From contig JAQXDW010000045.1 of the NCBI GenBank assembly GCA_029251165.1, positions 290-64,289 on the forward strand: 64,000 nt of DNA. Reading direction: 5' to 3'. The notes under the pieces were generated by a model, which worked only from the letters and a program-made list of their open reading frames with translations, did not search any database and was not told the DNA's origin. The DNA comes from Myxococcota bacterium. GTDB lineage: Bacteria > Myxococcota_A > UBA796. How positions within the stretch are numbered: the first letter of the stretch is position 1; every line of letters begins with the position of its first letter. A program made the translations under genes and the position numbers. Below are positions 56,073-64,000 of the stretch, in pieces.

Positions 56073-57422
56073 GTGCTGCTGATTTTTTTTGCCTGTCAGA
56101 GTCCCGATCCCCTTGAACAGGCAGAGACGGAGTGGATCGAGGACATCACCGTGCAGACCAGCGCGGCGATTCCTGCGGTCCTCACTGTCGGCTTCACGAC
56201 ACCGGCTGACGCCACCGCCTGGGTCGAGTTCGGTGCCGAGAACAGCACCGAGCGGCTCACTCCACAGAGCCAGGGAGCGGCGCACACCCACCACCTCCTC
56301 GGCCTGCCCCCGCTGACCGATGCGCAGCTCCAGATCGTCACTGTGGTCGACGGTGAGGAGCACCGCAGCGGCGTGCTGGTGGAGCAGACCGGCCAGCTCC
56401 TCCCGAGCACCCCGCTGCCGGAGGTCACGATCAACAACTACGCGCCGTCTCCGCATGCCGCGGTGCTGATCAGCCTGTTCTCCGACCCCACACACGTCCT
56501 GATGATGGGGCTCGACGGGACCGTGTTCTGGTCGATTCAGACCGGTGCGTCTGGGGAGCGTGGTGGGCTGGGCTGTCAGCCTGCGATGTCCGATGGGCTC
56601 ATCTTCTACAACTCATTTGAGATCGAGGGCTGGGCCGAGGGCTTCATTGAGTCGGTTGCCCTCGACGGGAGCCCGGTTGCTCAAGTGGAGACCCCCGGCG
56701 CGCACCACTTCTTCGAGCGGCTGCCCGACGGCACCCTCGCCTGGATGGCGATCGAGCCCCGCGAGGTGGACGGCATGGGAACAGTCGTCGGCGATCAGGT
56801 CATGATCCGGTCTCCCGACGGGACGCAGCGCAGCCTGATCTCGCTGTGGGACCACCTTACGGTCTATGAGACCAGCACATGGGAGCAGCCAGCCTACGGC
56901 GGCGCAGACTGGACCCACGGCAACGGGCTGACCTACAGCGACGATCGTGACTCGTTTCTCATCAGCACTGGCGGGACCGATCTCATCCTTGAGGTCACCA
57001 GCGACGGGGAGCTCGTGCGGCAGATCGGCGGCGTCGAGGCTGTCGACGGGGACTACTCCTTCAACCCTCCCAACACCGCCTTCAGCTATCCGCATGGTCC
57101 GCACTTCAGTGCCTCTGGAGAGCTGCTGATGATGTCGACGGTCAACAACCGCAGCCGGCTGGTCGGCTACGAGATCGACGATGCGCAGTATCGGCTGACC
57201 GAGAGCTGGAGCTATGGCGAGGACCGCAAGAGCGTGGTCCAGGTGCTCGGTGAGGTCGAGGAGCTCGACGACGGCAACCTCCTGGTGAGCTGGGGCTCCC
57301 TGGGGACGCTGCAGGTCGTGACGCCGGAAGGGGAGATCCTCTGGGAGGCTCAGACGGGCTTCGGAAGCCTCATCGGGCAGGCGCACCTGCTGGAGAGTCC
57401 GTACCGCGTCGGATCGCCATGA
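56073..57422 (+). CDS. hypothetical lipoprotein, beta-propeller-like
   Basis: GTG start MLLIFFACQSPD with a lipobox. Repeated Gly/Asp/Trp-containing strands. Function unclear; an arylsulfotransferase-like fold is possible but unsupported. Confidence 0.45.
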   Translation: MLLIFFACQSPDPLEQAETEWIEDITVQTSAAIPAVLTVGFTTPADATAWVEFGAENSTERLTPQSQGAAHTHHLLGLPPLTDAQLQIVTVVDGEEHRSGVLVEQTGQLLPSTPLPEVTINNYAPSPHAAVLISLFSDPTHVLMMGLDGTVFWSIQTGASGERGGLGCQPAMSDGLIFYNSFEIEGWAEGFIESVALDGSPVAQVETPGAHHFFERLPDGTLAWMAIEPREVDGMGTVVGDQVMIRSPDGTQRSLISLWDHLTVYETSTWEQPAYGGADWTHGNGLTYSDDRDSFLISTGGTDLILEVTSDGELVRQIGGVEAVDGDYSFNPPNTAFSYPHGPHFSASGELLMMSTVNNRSRLVGYEIDDAQYRLTESWSYGEDRKSVVQVLGEVEELDDGNLLVSWGSLGTLQVVTPEGEILWEAQTGFGSLIGQAHLLESPYRVGSP

Positions 57423-58530
57423 GTGCACAGAGCAGGGCGAGGCTGCCGACCCCGGCGCCGCAGATGAACAGCCAGCGGGTCTCCATCAGCTCCACCACCC
57501 GGCTCGCCCCGACCAGCCCGATCATCGAGCCCACTCCGCCGACTGCTGCGGCGAGGAGGCCCTGCGCAGAAGTCGCGACGGCCTTCGGTGCGCGATCCGC
57601 GACCAAGGCCACGCCCGAGATCCAGAACGCGCCGAAGGTGATCCCGTGCAGGGACTGACAGGCCACCAGGGCCGGTCCGGTGTCCACCATCGAGGTCAGC
57701 AGCCAGCGCACAACCGCCAGGGCGGTCGCGAACAGAAAGACCCGCTCTGCTGAGAACCGGGACAGCAGCCAGCCTGCGCTGCTCATCACTCCGATCTCGA
57801 CCGTCACCCCGACCGCCAGGGCCACGCCCGCCCACCAGGAGGCGAGGGACAAGGCATCCATGTGGACCGCCAGGAAGCTCGTCGCGGCCACGTGGGCGGA
57901 GAAGTGCAGGGCAGAAGCGGCGAGGATCCACCGCAGAGAGCGGTTCCTGGAGAGCACCCGCAGGGCCGGCAGGATGCTGCGCTTCGGGCTCGGCGGCGGG
58001 CTGGGCAGCACCCAGGTCAGCAGCGCGGTCAGGACCGCCAGCACGATCCCCGGGGTGAGCTGTCCGAGGGCAAGGTGCTCCACGAGGAGCGGCACACAGG
58101 CGACCGAGACGAGGAAGCCGATCGAGCCCCATCGCCTCAGGCGACCGTAGCTGCCCCGGTCGTCCCCGAGCACCGCCAGGGCCATGCCGTCGACCACTGG
58201 TGCCATCGGTGCCCGCCCGATCGACAGCACCAGCAGCGCCGCGCTTGCCCACCAGCCGAGCACCATCGAGGTGCCCATTAGGCCCGCTGCCGCCAGCATC
58301 GTCGCGATCCGGAGGACCGAGCCGTGGATCTGGAGTCGGTCAGCCAGCATGCTCCACGCCGGCCCGGCGACCAGTCGCCCAAGCGGCAGCATTCCCATCG
58401 CGATCGCCAGCTGCCAGCCCGACAGCCCGCGGGACTTCAGATCCAGCGCGAGGTACGGCATCACCGCGCCGAGGACCGAGAACGATGCGAAGTACAGTGC
58501 TGCGATCCAGCCTCTGCTCAGGGTCCTCAC
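57370..58530 (-). CDS. MFS transporter
   Basis: 12 predicted TM helices. The MFS loop motif region GRLVAGPAWSMLADRL is present. Confidence 0.75.
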   Translation of the reverse strand: MRTLSRGWIAALYFASFSVLGAVMPYLALDLKSRGLSGWQLAIAMGMLPLGRLVAGPAWSMLADRLQIHGSVLRIATMLAAAGLMGTSMVLGWWASAALLVLSIGRAPMAPVVDGMALAVLGDDRGSYGRLRRWGSIGFLVSVACVPLLVEHLALGQLTPGIVLAVLTALLTWVLPSPPPSPKRSILPALRVLSRNRSLRWILAASALHFSAHVAATSFLAVHMDALSLASWWAGVALAVGVTVEIGVMSSAGWLLSRFSAERVFLFATALAVVRWLLTSMVDTGPALVACQSLHGITFGAFWISGVALVADRAPKAVATSAQGLLAAAVGGVGSMIGLVGASRVVELMETRWLFICGAGVGSLALLCALMAIRRGTDSPAGAPAR

Positions 58531-59987
58531 GGTGCCGGAATCCGGACCACGGAGGCCTCGATGGTGACGCCGTCAGCGTCGACGATTGATGCGGTCAAGC
58601 CCTCGCCGGGGACGACGGAGAGCAGGGCTGCGTTGAAGGTGTGGCTGCTCTCGTAGAGCACCTCGGGGCTGAAGGTTGGATCCAGCGGCGGGGGATCTCC
58701 GGTCCAGGCCGACAGCGGACCAGAGATGAACTCATGGAAGACAAGGGGAGCACCGTTGTCATCGAGATCGATGCTGTAGCGGAGACTGCGGACGTGGTGG
58801 ACATCGGTGGTGACAAACACCAGCCCGGTCACCCCGGCGACATCCAGCGCGGTGAGGATCTCGGTCAGCTCATGCTCAAAGCCAGTGGTCGTCGAGGTGT
58901 CGGCCATGCCCTCTGGCGCAGCTGCGCCGATCCCGTTGGCCCAGCCATCTCGGCCCGCCTCCCAGGCCCGGCTGCCGGTGGGGGTGGAGATCGGCACGTC
59001 GATGCTGACCACCTTCCAGATCGCCTGTGAGGTCGTCAGGCCAGCGATAAGGCGCTGCTTCTGCTCGACGCCGAGGAGGGTCTTCTCTGGACCATCTGCC
59101 GCTCGGTTGCTGCTTCGGTGGCTGCGGGCATCGACGATGAACAGATCGACCTCCGGGCCCCATGCGAAGCGGCGCTCGATGCGTGCTCCGTCGACCGGCG
59201 ACCAGCGGAGGAACGCGGCCCGTCCGTGCTCGACGAGCTGCACGAAGCCTGGCCGCGACTCGTCTCCGGTGAACCACGCCGGCCAGGGGGCCCCGAAGTC
59301 GTTGACCACCTCGTGATCGTCCCACTGGCTGATCATCGGGGTCTTCGACAAGAACCGCCGCAGCCCTGGGTCGGCGTGGTTGTAGGCCCAGTGCGCATCC
59401 AGGGTGTCAGCAGCAGCATTCCAGTCGACGATCCGGTCGGTGACCGCGTGGAATGTGGCGGGAACGGTCGGCACGCCGGCTGGCGAGGTGTCTGTGCAGC
59501 GTCCGTCGGCGTAGATCATGTCGCCGTTGGCGATGAACAGGTGCGGCTCCAGTGCTGCGAGGGCATCGAAGATTCGGTAGCCCCCATCGACGGGACGGCA
59601 GTGCCCCTGTCCGCCGAGATCGCCGCCGACGATCAGGCGCAGCGGTGCAGGAGCCTCCGGCGCAGTCTGGAGGCTGCCTGAGGCCTCACCGCAGGCCCCA
59701 TCGGCATCGCAGGCTGAGACGGTGTAGCGGACCTCGCTGCCTGCTGGCAGGCCCGTCAGCTTCAGCTTTCCGGTGCCCATCGGCCCTGTCTGGACGGGGC
59801 CGACCGTCTGCTCGCCGACGCGGACCGAGAGCCGATCCCCCTCCAGCGCGCGGGCCCAGATGATCGCGGAGGTTGTGGTGACATCGCCCGAGGCGACCCA
59901 TGGGGCCTGGAGTGGTGGGGCGGCCTTGGGATCTGGAGCGGATGGCGAGTCTGGTCTGGTGCAGCCGAGGAGGGCGATGATCAGCAT
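58527..59987 (-). CDS. PhoD-like alkaline phosphatase lipoprotein
   Basis: Internal ATG 59987 is preceded by GGGAG and gives MLIIALLGCT with a lipobox. Metallophosphatase motifs FIANGDMIYADG and WDDHEVVNDF are present. Confidence 0.8.
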   Translation of the reverse strand: MLIIALLGCTRPDSPSAPDPKAAPPLQAPWVASGDVTTTSAIIWARALEGDRLSVRVGEQTVGPVQTGPMGTGKLKLTGLPAGSEVRYTVSACDADGACGEASGSLQTAPEAPAPLRLIVGGDLGGQGHCRPVDGGYRIFDALAALEPHLFIANGDMIYADGRCTDTSPAGVPTVPATFHAVTDRIVDWNAAADTLDAHWAYNHADPGLRRFLSKTPMISQWDDHEVVNDFGAPWPAWFTGDESRPGFVQLVEHGRAAFLRWSPVDGARIERRFAWGPEVDLFIVDARSHRSSNRAADGPEKTLLGVEQKQRLIAGLTTSQAIWKVVSIDVPISTPTGSRAWEAGRDGWANGIGAAAPEGMADTSTTTGFEHELTEILTALDVAGVTGLVFVTTDVHHVRSLRYSIDLDDNGAPLVFHEFISGPLSAWTGDPPPLDPTFSPEVLYESSHTFNAALLSVVPGEGLTASIVDADGVTIEASVVRIPAP

Positions 59988-60130
59988 GGCTCCCTGATAA
60001 CTACAGCCGCCCTTCGCTCCAGCATCTCCGGTGCTTTTTTCTGTGAGGACTGTCCCCACAGTCTGAAATCTTGTCGGCTCGTGGTGTCCTCTGGACGTCG
60101 TGGTGTATGCGCCCTCCTCGGCTGGCCTGC

Positions 60131-60538
60131 TCAGCTCAGCAGCGTCACCGTCAGCCGTCGCGCTCGGGCGGCCAGGCGATGCTCCCAGACAAAGACCCCC
60201 TGCCAGGTTCCCAGATCGAGCCGGCCGCCTCGGACGGGAATGGTCAGCGCGGTGGCGGTGACTGCACAGCGGACATGAGCGGGCATGTCATCGGGGCCCT
60301 CGTCGGTGTGTCGGTACAGCGGATCGCCGTCTGGGATCAGGCGTGCAAAGAACGCCTCCAGGTCGGTCCGAACGTCTGGATCCGCGTTCTCCTGGATGAG
60401 GAGTGAGGCCGAGGTGTGGTGAATGAACACACTGCACAGCCCGCTGCCGGTCGTCCCGGAGAGCGCCGCCTGGATCCGCTCGGTGATCTCGTGGAGGCCG
60501 CGCGGCAGCGGCGGGAGGGTGATGGTGGTCTGGTTCAT
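60131..60538 (-). CDS. YjbQ/UPF0047 family protein (secondary thiamine-phosphate synthase-like)
   Basis: 135 aa with ...SASLLIQENADPDVRTDLE...HTDEGPDDMPAHV... typical of UPF0047. Confidence 0.7.
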   Translation of the reverse strand: MNQTTITLPPLPRGLHEITERIQAALSGTTGSGLCSVFIHHTSASLLIQENADPDVRTDLEAFFARLIPDGDPLYRHTDEGPDDMPAHVRCAVTATALTIPVRGGRLDLGTWQGVFVWEHRLAARARRLTVTLLS

Positions 60539-62787
60539 CTCGGCTCCTGCTTGAAGCGGAAGAAGCCCCGGCTGGCCATCGCTGGGACCAGGAGGAGGTC
60601 GGTCAGCAGTGCAATGATCAGCGCTGCGGGGATGAAGGTGCCCATGAGCCAGATCGAGAAGTAGTCCGACAGCGCAAGCGGGATGAAGCCGAGGACGAGG
60701 ATGATTGTGGTGAACAGGATGCCTCGTCCTGCGAACTGAAAGGTTCGCCGTATGGCCTGCGGCAGGGGCGCGCGCTGAGCCTCCAGGCGCATTCGGACGA
60801 GGAAGTGGATGGTGTCGTCCACCCCGATGCCGATCGCGATCATCGCTGGGATGAAGGTGTCGGAGTCCACATCAGTCCACAGCAGCCCCGCGATGCCGCC
60901 CACGGCCAGCATCGGCAGCACGTTGGGCAGGATGCTGAGCAGACCGTTTCGCACCGAGCGCAGCCCCAGCATCATCATCACTCCGATGGAAGAGATGGAG
61001 AAGAGCAGCCCGGTCCGCTGGCCGGTGAGCAGGTTGTCGAGGAAGCCACCAAACAGGGTGGTGAGGCCGGTGGCCTCAAGCGATGCCTCTGGCGGAAGGT
61101 GGACCTCGGCGAGGGTGCGGGCGTGCGCTGCAATCTCTGCGGTGTGTCGAAGGGCGCCGGAGTCCACCCGGGCGATCATCTTCGCGGTGGTGCGCTCGAA
61201 GTTCAGCATGCTGTCGAGGCTCTCGCCGCCGGACATCTCAAACAGCAGAAGGTACTGGGCCAGCGCCTCTCGGCTCTCTGGCAGCGGGCCGGTGCCGCCG
61301 AGGGTGCCGTGCAGTCCGTCGAGGACGTCCACCACAGACAGCACTGCGTCGACGCCCTCCAGTGCGGAGAGATCGTCCTGAATCGCGGCCATGCCGTGGA
61401 TGATCGAAGGCTCCATCACCCCGGCGGGGGCGTCAACATACAGCTCGATGATGTTGCTGCCGCTGAACGCGGAGCGGATGAACTCGGCGTCTTGTCGGAC
61501 GGTGGTCGCTGGGCTGAGGCGGGTGATGATCTCCGTCTCCAGATGGATCTTGCTGACGCCGTACAGCATGACTGCGGTGAACATCGCGAAGCCGAGGATG
61601 ATCGGTATGTCCCATCGGCTGGTGAAGGCTGCGAGCCGATCCAGTCGGCTGTCGAGGTGAGCCGCGCGCTCCGGAGCAGGAGCCGGGGTGTCCAGCAGCG
61701 ACATCAGGACCGGCATCAGCGTCACCGTGACCAGGAGCGCCATGCTCACCCCGAAGCCGAGCACCAGGCCGACAACCTGGTAGACCGGGGTGGGAATGAG
61801 GGCCAGAGAGATGAAGCCGAGGAACGTCGTGGCGCTGGTCAGCACACAGGCCGTGCCGACCTCTGAGGCGCTGTTCTCGATCGCGGCTTGCTTGTCGTGA
61901 CCGGCGGACAGCTCGATGAGGTAGGCGCTCCAGAGGTGAATGGAGTCCGAGATCGCGACCACCATCACCACCGCCGGCACGATGCTGGCGAAGATGCTCA
62001 GCTCCCGGTCAATGAGGACCGCGAAGCCCATGGTCCACAGCACCGCCATCAGCGAGACTCCAGAGGCGACCAGGACCGGCAGCAGCCGTCGGAACAGGAA
62101 GAAGACCGAGCCGATGACCGCGAGGACGGTCAGCGGAAAGAGCTGGATGATGTTGGTGGTGCTCTGCTCCATCACCGCGCTGACCATCGCGAGGTAGCCC
62201 CCACGCCGAAGATTCTGGAGGCCTTCTTCTTCGAGAATGCGGGAGACCTCAGCCACCAGCTGAGGCCCCTCCTCGGCAGAGCGGTCTGGGTTGGGGCGCA
62301 TCGAGACGGCGACGGCCGCGTGCGGACCGCTCTCTGAGAGCATGAGTCCACCCACGCTGGGCTCTCCACGCAGGGCATCGGTCAGCGCTGCGGTGCGCCC
62401 TGGCTCCTCTCGGGCCGCCTCGCCATAAGTGCGCACGGTGAGCATTCCGTCTGACTCGGTCAGCTCGATGGCATCCAGCAGGCTCACCACGTCGCCGACC
62501 TCGGGCAGCGCCTCCAGGCGAGCCACCGCAGCCTCCAAGCGGTCCAGCGCCGCGACCGACAGCGGCTCCGGCTCGTCGTAGGCGACGATGAGCACTTCGT
62601 CTCCGCCGAATTCTGATGCGCGCGCCTTGTAGCTGGTGTACTCCGGGCTGTTCCCGAGCAGCATCTTCTCCATTGAGGTGGCGATGATCGCCTGAGAGAG
62701 GCTGGCTGCGGCCGCGAGGGAGACGAGCGTGAGTCCCAGCAGGACCAGCTTGGGGTGTCGGAGGATGAGTCGGACCCAGGTAAGCAT
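60535..62787 (-). CDS. MMPL/RND-superfamily transporter (HpnN-like, two 6-TM bundles)
   Basis: 750 aa. TM1 is followed by a large periplasmic loop and five TM helices, and this arrangement is duplicated. A GxxxD/E RND-type motif is present in the TM4-like helices. Confidence 0.8.
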   Translation of the reverse strand: MLTWVRLILRHPKLVLLGLTLVSLAAAASLSQAIIATSMEKMLLGNSPEYTSYKARASEFGGDEVLIVAYDEPEPLSVAALDRLEAAVARLEALPEVGDVVSLLDAIELTESDGMLTVRTYGEAAREEPGRTAALTDALRGEPSVGGLMLSESGPHAAVAVSMRPNPDRSAEEGPQLVAEVSRILEEEGLQNLRRGGYLAMVSAVMEQSTTNIIQLFPLTVLAVIGSVFFLFRRLLPVLVASGVSLMAVLWTMGFAVLIDRELSIFASIVPAVVMVVAISDSIHLWSAYLIELSAGHDKQAAIENSASEVGTACVLTSATTFLGFISLALIPTPVYQVVGLVLGFGVSMALLVTVTLMPVLMSLLDTPAPAPERAAHLDSRLDRLAAFTSRWDIPIILGFAMFTAVMLYGVSKIHLETEIITRLSPATTVRQDAEFIRSAFSGSNIIELYVDAPAGVMEPSIIHGMAAIQDDLSALEGVDAVLSVVDVLDGLHGTLGGTGPLPESREALAQYLLLFEMSGGESLDSMLNFERTTAKMIARVDSGALRHTAEIAAHARTLAEVHLPPEASLEATGLTTLFGGFLDNLLTGQRTGLLFSISSIGVMMMLGLRSVRNGLLSILPNVLPMLAVGGIAGLLWTDVDSDTFIPAMIAIGIGVDDTIHFLVRMRLEAQRAPLPQAIRRTFQFAGRGILFTTIILVLGFIPLALSDYFSIWLMGTFIPAALIIALLTDLLLVPAMASRGFFRFKQEPR

Positions 62788-62844
62788 GGAGACGAGGGTA
62801 CCGCATGGCTGGAGTTGCCGGATTTATCGGCGCTCGAGCGCACC

Positions 62845-62855
62845 TTGGATATAGC
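62845..62855 (+). promoter_or_regulatory. GGATATAGC motif copy C, 8 nt upstream of the AI-2E ATG and ~57 nt upstream of the divergent MMPL gene
   Basis: TTGGATATAGCttgatgcgATG; the reverse strand reads AAGCTATATCCAAGG. Confidence 0.3.
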
Positions 62856-62863
62856 TTGATGCG

Positions 62864-63898
62864 ATGGATAGCTCTCGATCTGCGTTCCGTGCCCTCCTTG
62901 CTGTGGCTGCCGTCGTGGTGGTTCTGGCCGGACTCCAGGCCGCCCGCACCGTGCTCCTCCCGTTCCTGTTTGCAGCTGTGCTTGCGATCATGATGCTTCC
63001 GTTAGTGATGTGGATGGAGCGCAATCGGCTGCCCCGTGCGGTCGCGATCATCGCTGCGGTGCTCACTGTGCTGTCTGTCCTGGTCCTTGTCGCCTCGTTC
63101 ACGGCACAGTCCATCCAGGAATTCGGGGGACGGCTTCCGATCTACCAGCAGGCCTTGACCGGGACGTTCGACGAGCTGCTGCGCTGGTTGGCTGAGCGCG
63201 GGGTGGACTTCTGGGCGCTGAACCTCCAGGACTCTTTTGATCCGGGCTCGGTGATGTCGGTGGTCGGCACCACCCTCAACGGAGTGCTGGAGATCCTCTC
63301 CAACACCATCCTCGTCACCATCACCATGGCGTTCATGCTCGCGGAGGCCTCGGCCTTCCCCGACAAGCTCGCCCGTGCGTTCCCGGAGGGCACCGACAGC
63401 GATGGCGAGATCGGTGGCTGGAGCGCGCTGGTGACCTCCGTCCAGCGCTACCTGCTGCTCAAGGCGATGACCAGCGGCCTGACTGGCGTCTTGGTCTGGT
63501 TCCTGCTGACGGCCCTGGGGGTAGAGTCGCCGATATTGTGGGGATTCTTCGCCTTTGTGATGAATTTCATCCCGACCATCGGCTCGATCATCGCTGCGGT
63601 GCCGGCGGTCCTGCTCGCCCTCATCCTCATCGGTCCCTGGGTCGCTGCGATGACTGCTGCTGGCTACCTCGTCATCAATGTCGGCATCGGCAACGTGCTG
63701 GAGCCGCGGGTGATGGGGGGGCAGCTCGGGCTGTCCCCGATGGTGGTCTTCCTCTCGCTGGTCTTCTGGGGCTGGATGTGGGGACCGGCGGGGATGCTGC
63801 TGAGCGTTCCGCTTACGGTGGTCATCCGCAGCATCATGGCCCATCGCCCGGAGACCGCCTGGCTTGCCACCCTGCTCGGTCCCAACCAGCGAGCGTGA
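62864..63898 (+). CDS. AI-2E family transporter (PerM/TqsA/YdiK-like, UPF0118)
   Basis: 344 aa with about 8 TM helices and the conserved C-terminal ...GLLLSVPLT... region. Confidence 0.8.
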   Translation: MDSSRSAFRALLAVAAVVVVLAGLQAARTVLLPFLFAAVLAIMMLPLVMWMERNRLPRAVAIIAAVLTVLSVLVLVASFTAQSIQEFGGRLPIYQQALTGTFDELLRWLAERGVDFWALNLQDSFDPGSVMSVVGTTLNGVLEILSNTILVTITMAFMLAEASAFPDKLARAFPEGTDSDGEIGGWSALVTSVQRYLLLKAMTSGLTGVLVWFLLTALGVESPILWGFFAFVMNFIPTIGSIIAAVPAVLLALILIGPWVAAMTAAGYLVINVGIGNVLEPRVMGGQLGLSPMVVFLSLVFWGWMWGPAGMLLSVPLTVVIRSIMAHRPETAWLATLLGPNQRA

Positions 63899-64000
63899 GC
63901 CCTACCGGGAGGCGACCCCGGTGCCCGCTCCAGCGCCGAGCCGCTGCGCGGTCCGCATGAGGCTGATGAGCTCTGCGTCGTCTCCGCCGGGGCGCTGTGC

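Noticed and set aside
54457-56495. Minus-strand ORFs of 484 and 350 aa
   Set aside because: They are antisense to the MsbA-like ABC exporter (Walker A/B and signature motifs are on the plus strand) and to the intergenic region. The products are Arg/Gly-rich shadows.

Overview
This is a high-GC bacterial chromosomal segment, roughly two-thirds G+C by eye, densely coding on both strands and with no rRNA, tRNA, CRISPR array or transposase that I could recognise. The content fits a Myxococcota-like organism: many lipobox lipoproteins, a trypsin-like protease ending in a MYXO-CTERM-type sorting signal, PSCyt/DUF1549-DUF1553 plus DUF1501 modules, a LolA-like/FtsX/ABC cluster, an orphan Flp pilin and multiple proteases. 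Most ORF-track entries are opposite-strand or alternate-frame shadows of the real genes; I chose strands from recognisable motifs (Walker A, HExxH, CxxCH, radical-SAM CxxxCxxC, lipoboxes, Tat signals). The ORF track also translates GTG/TTG starts as M, so several starts were re-picked at internal ATGs. The main things worth a second look are: (i) a 935-aa bacterial homologue of the eukaryotic major vault protein, in a neighbourhood with an LCMT-like methyltransferase, a glutaredoxin, a prolyl-4-hydroxylase-WD40 fusion and a flavin amine oxidase; (ii) a divergent lipid cluster (AMP-ligase, GNAT-fold N-acyltransferase, PlsC-like acyltransferase, alpha/beta hydrolase) that looks like an ornithine-lipid-type aminolipid pathway; (iii) an ~800-bp lower-GC non-coding island carrying an 18-nt exact match to the canonical 16S rRNA 3' terminus, a 14-codon ORF, hairpins and a terminator-like structure; (iv) a recurrent GCTATATCCA(G)-N4-ATG motif that looks like a -10 element for leaderless transcripts; (v) an unannotated Flp pilin gene beside a 3x18-bp tandem repeat; and (vi) a B12-radical-SAM gene with a small upstream ORF and an NMT1-type ABC importer. 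Everything below is from reading the sequence by eye; no searches were run.
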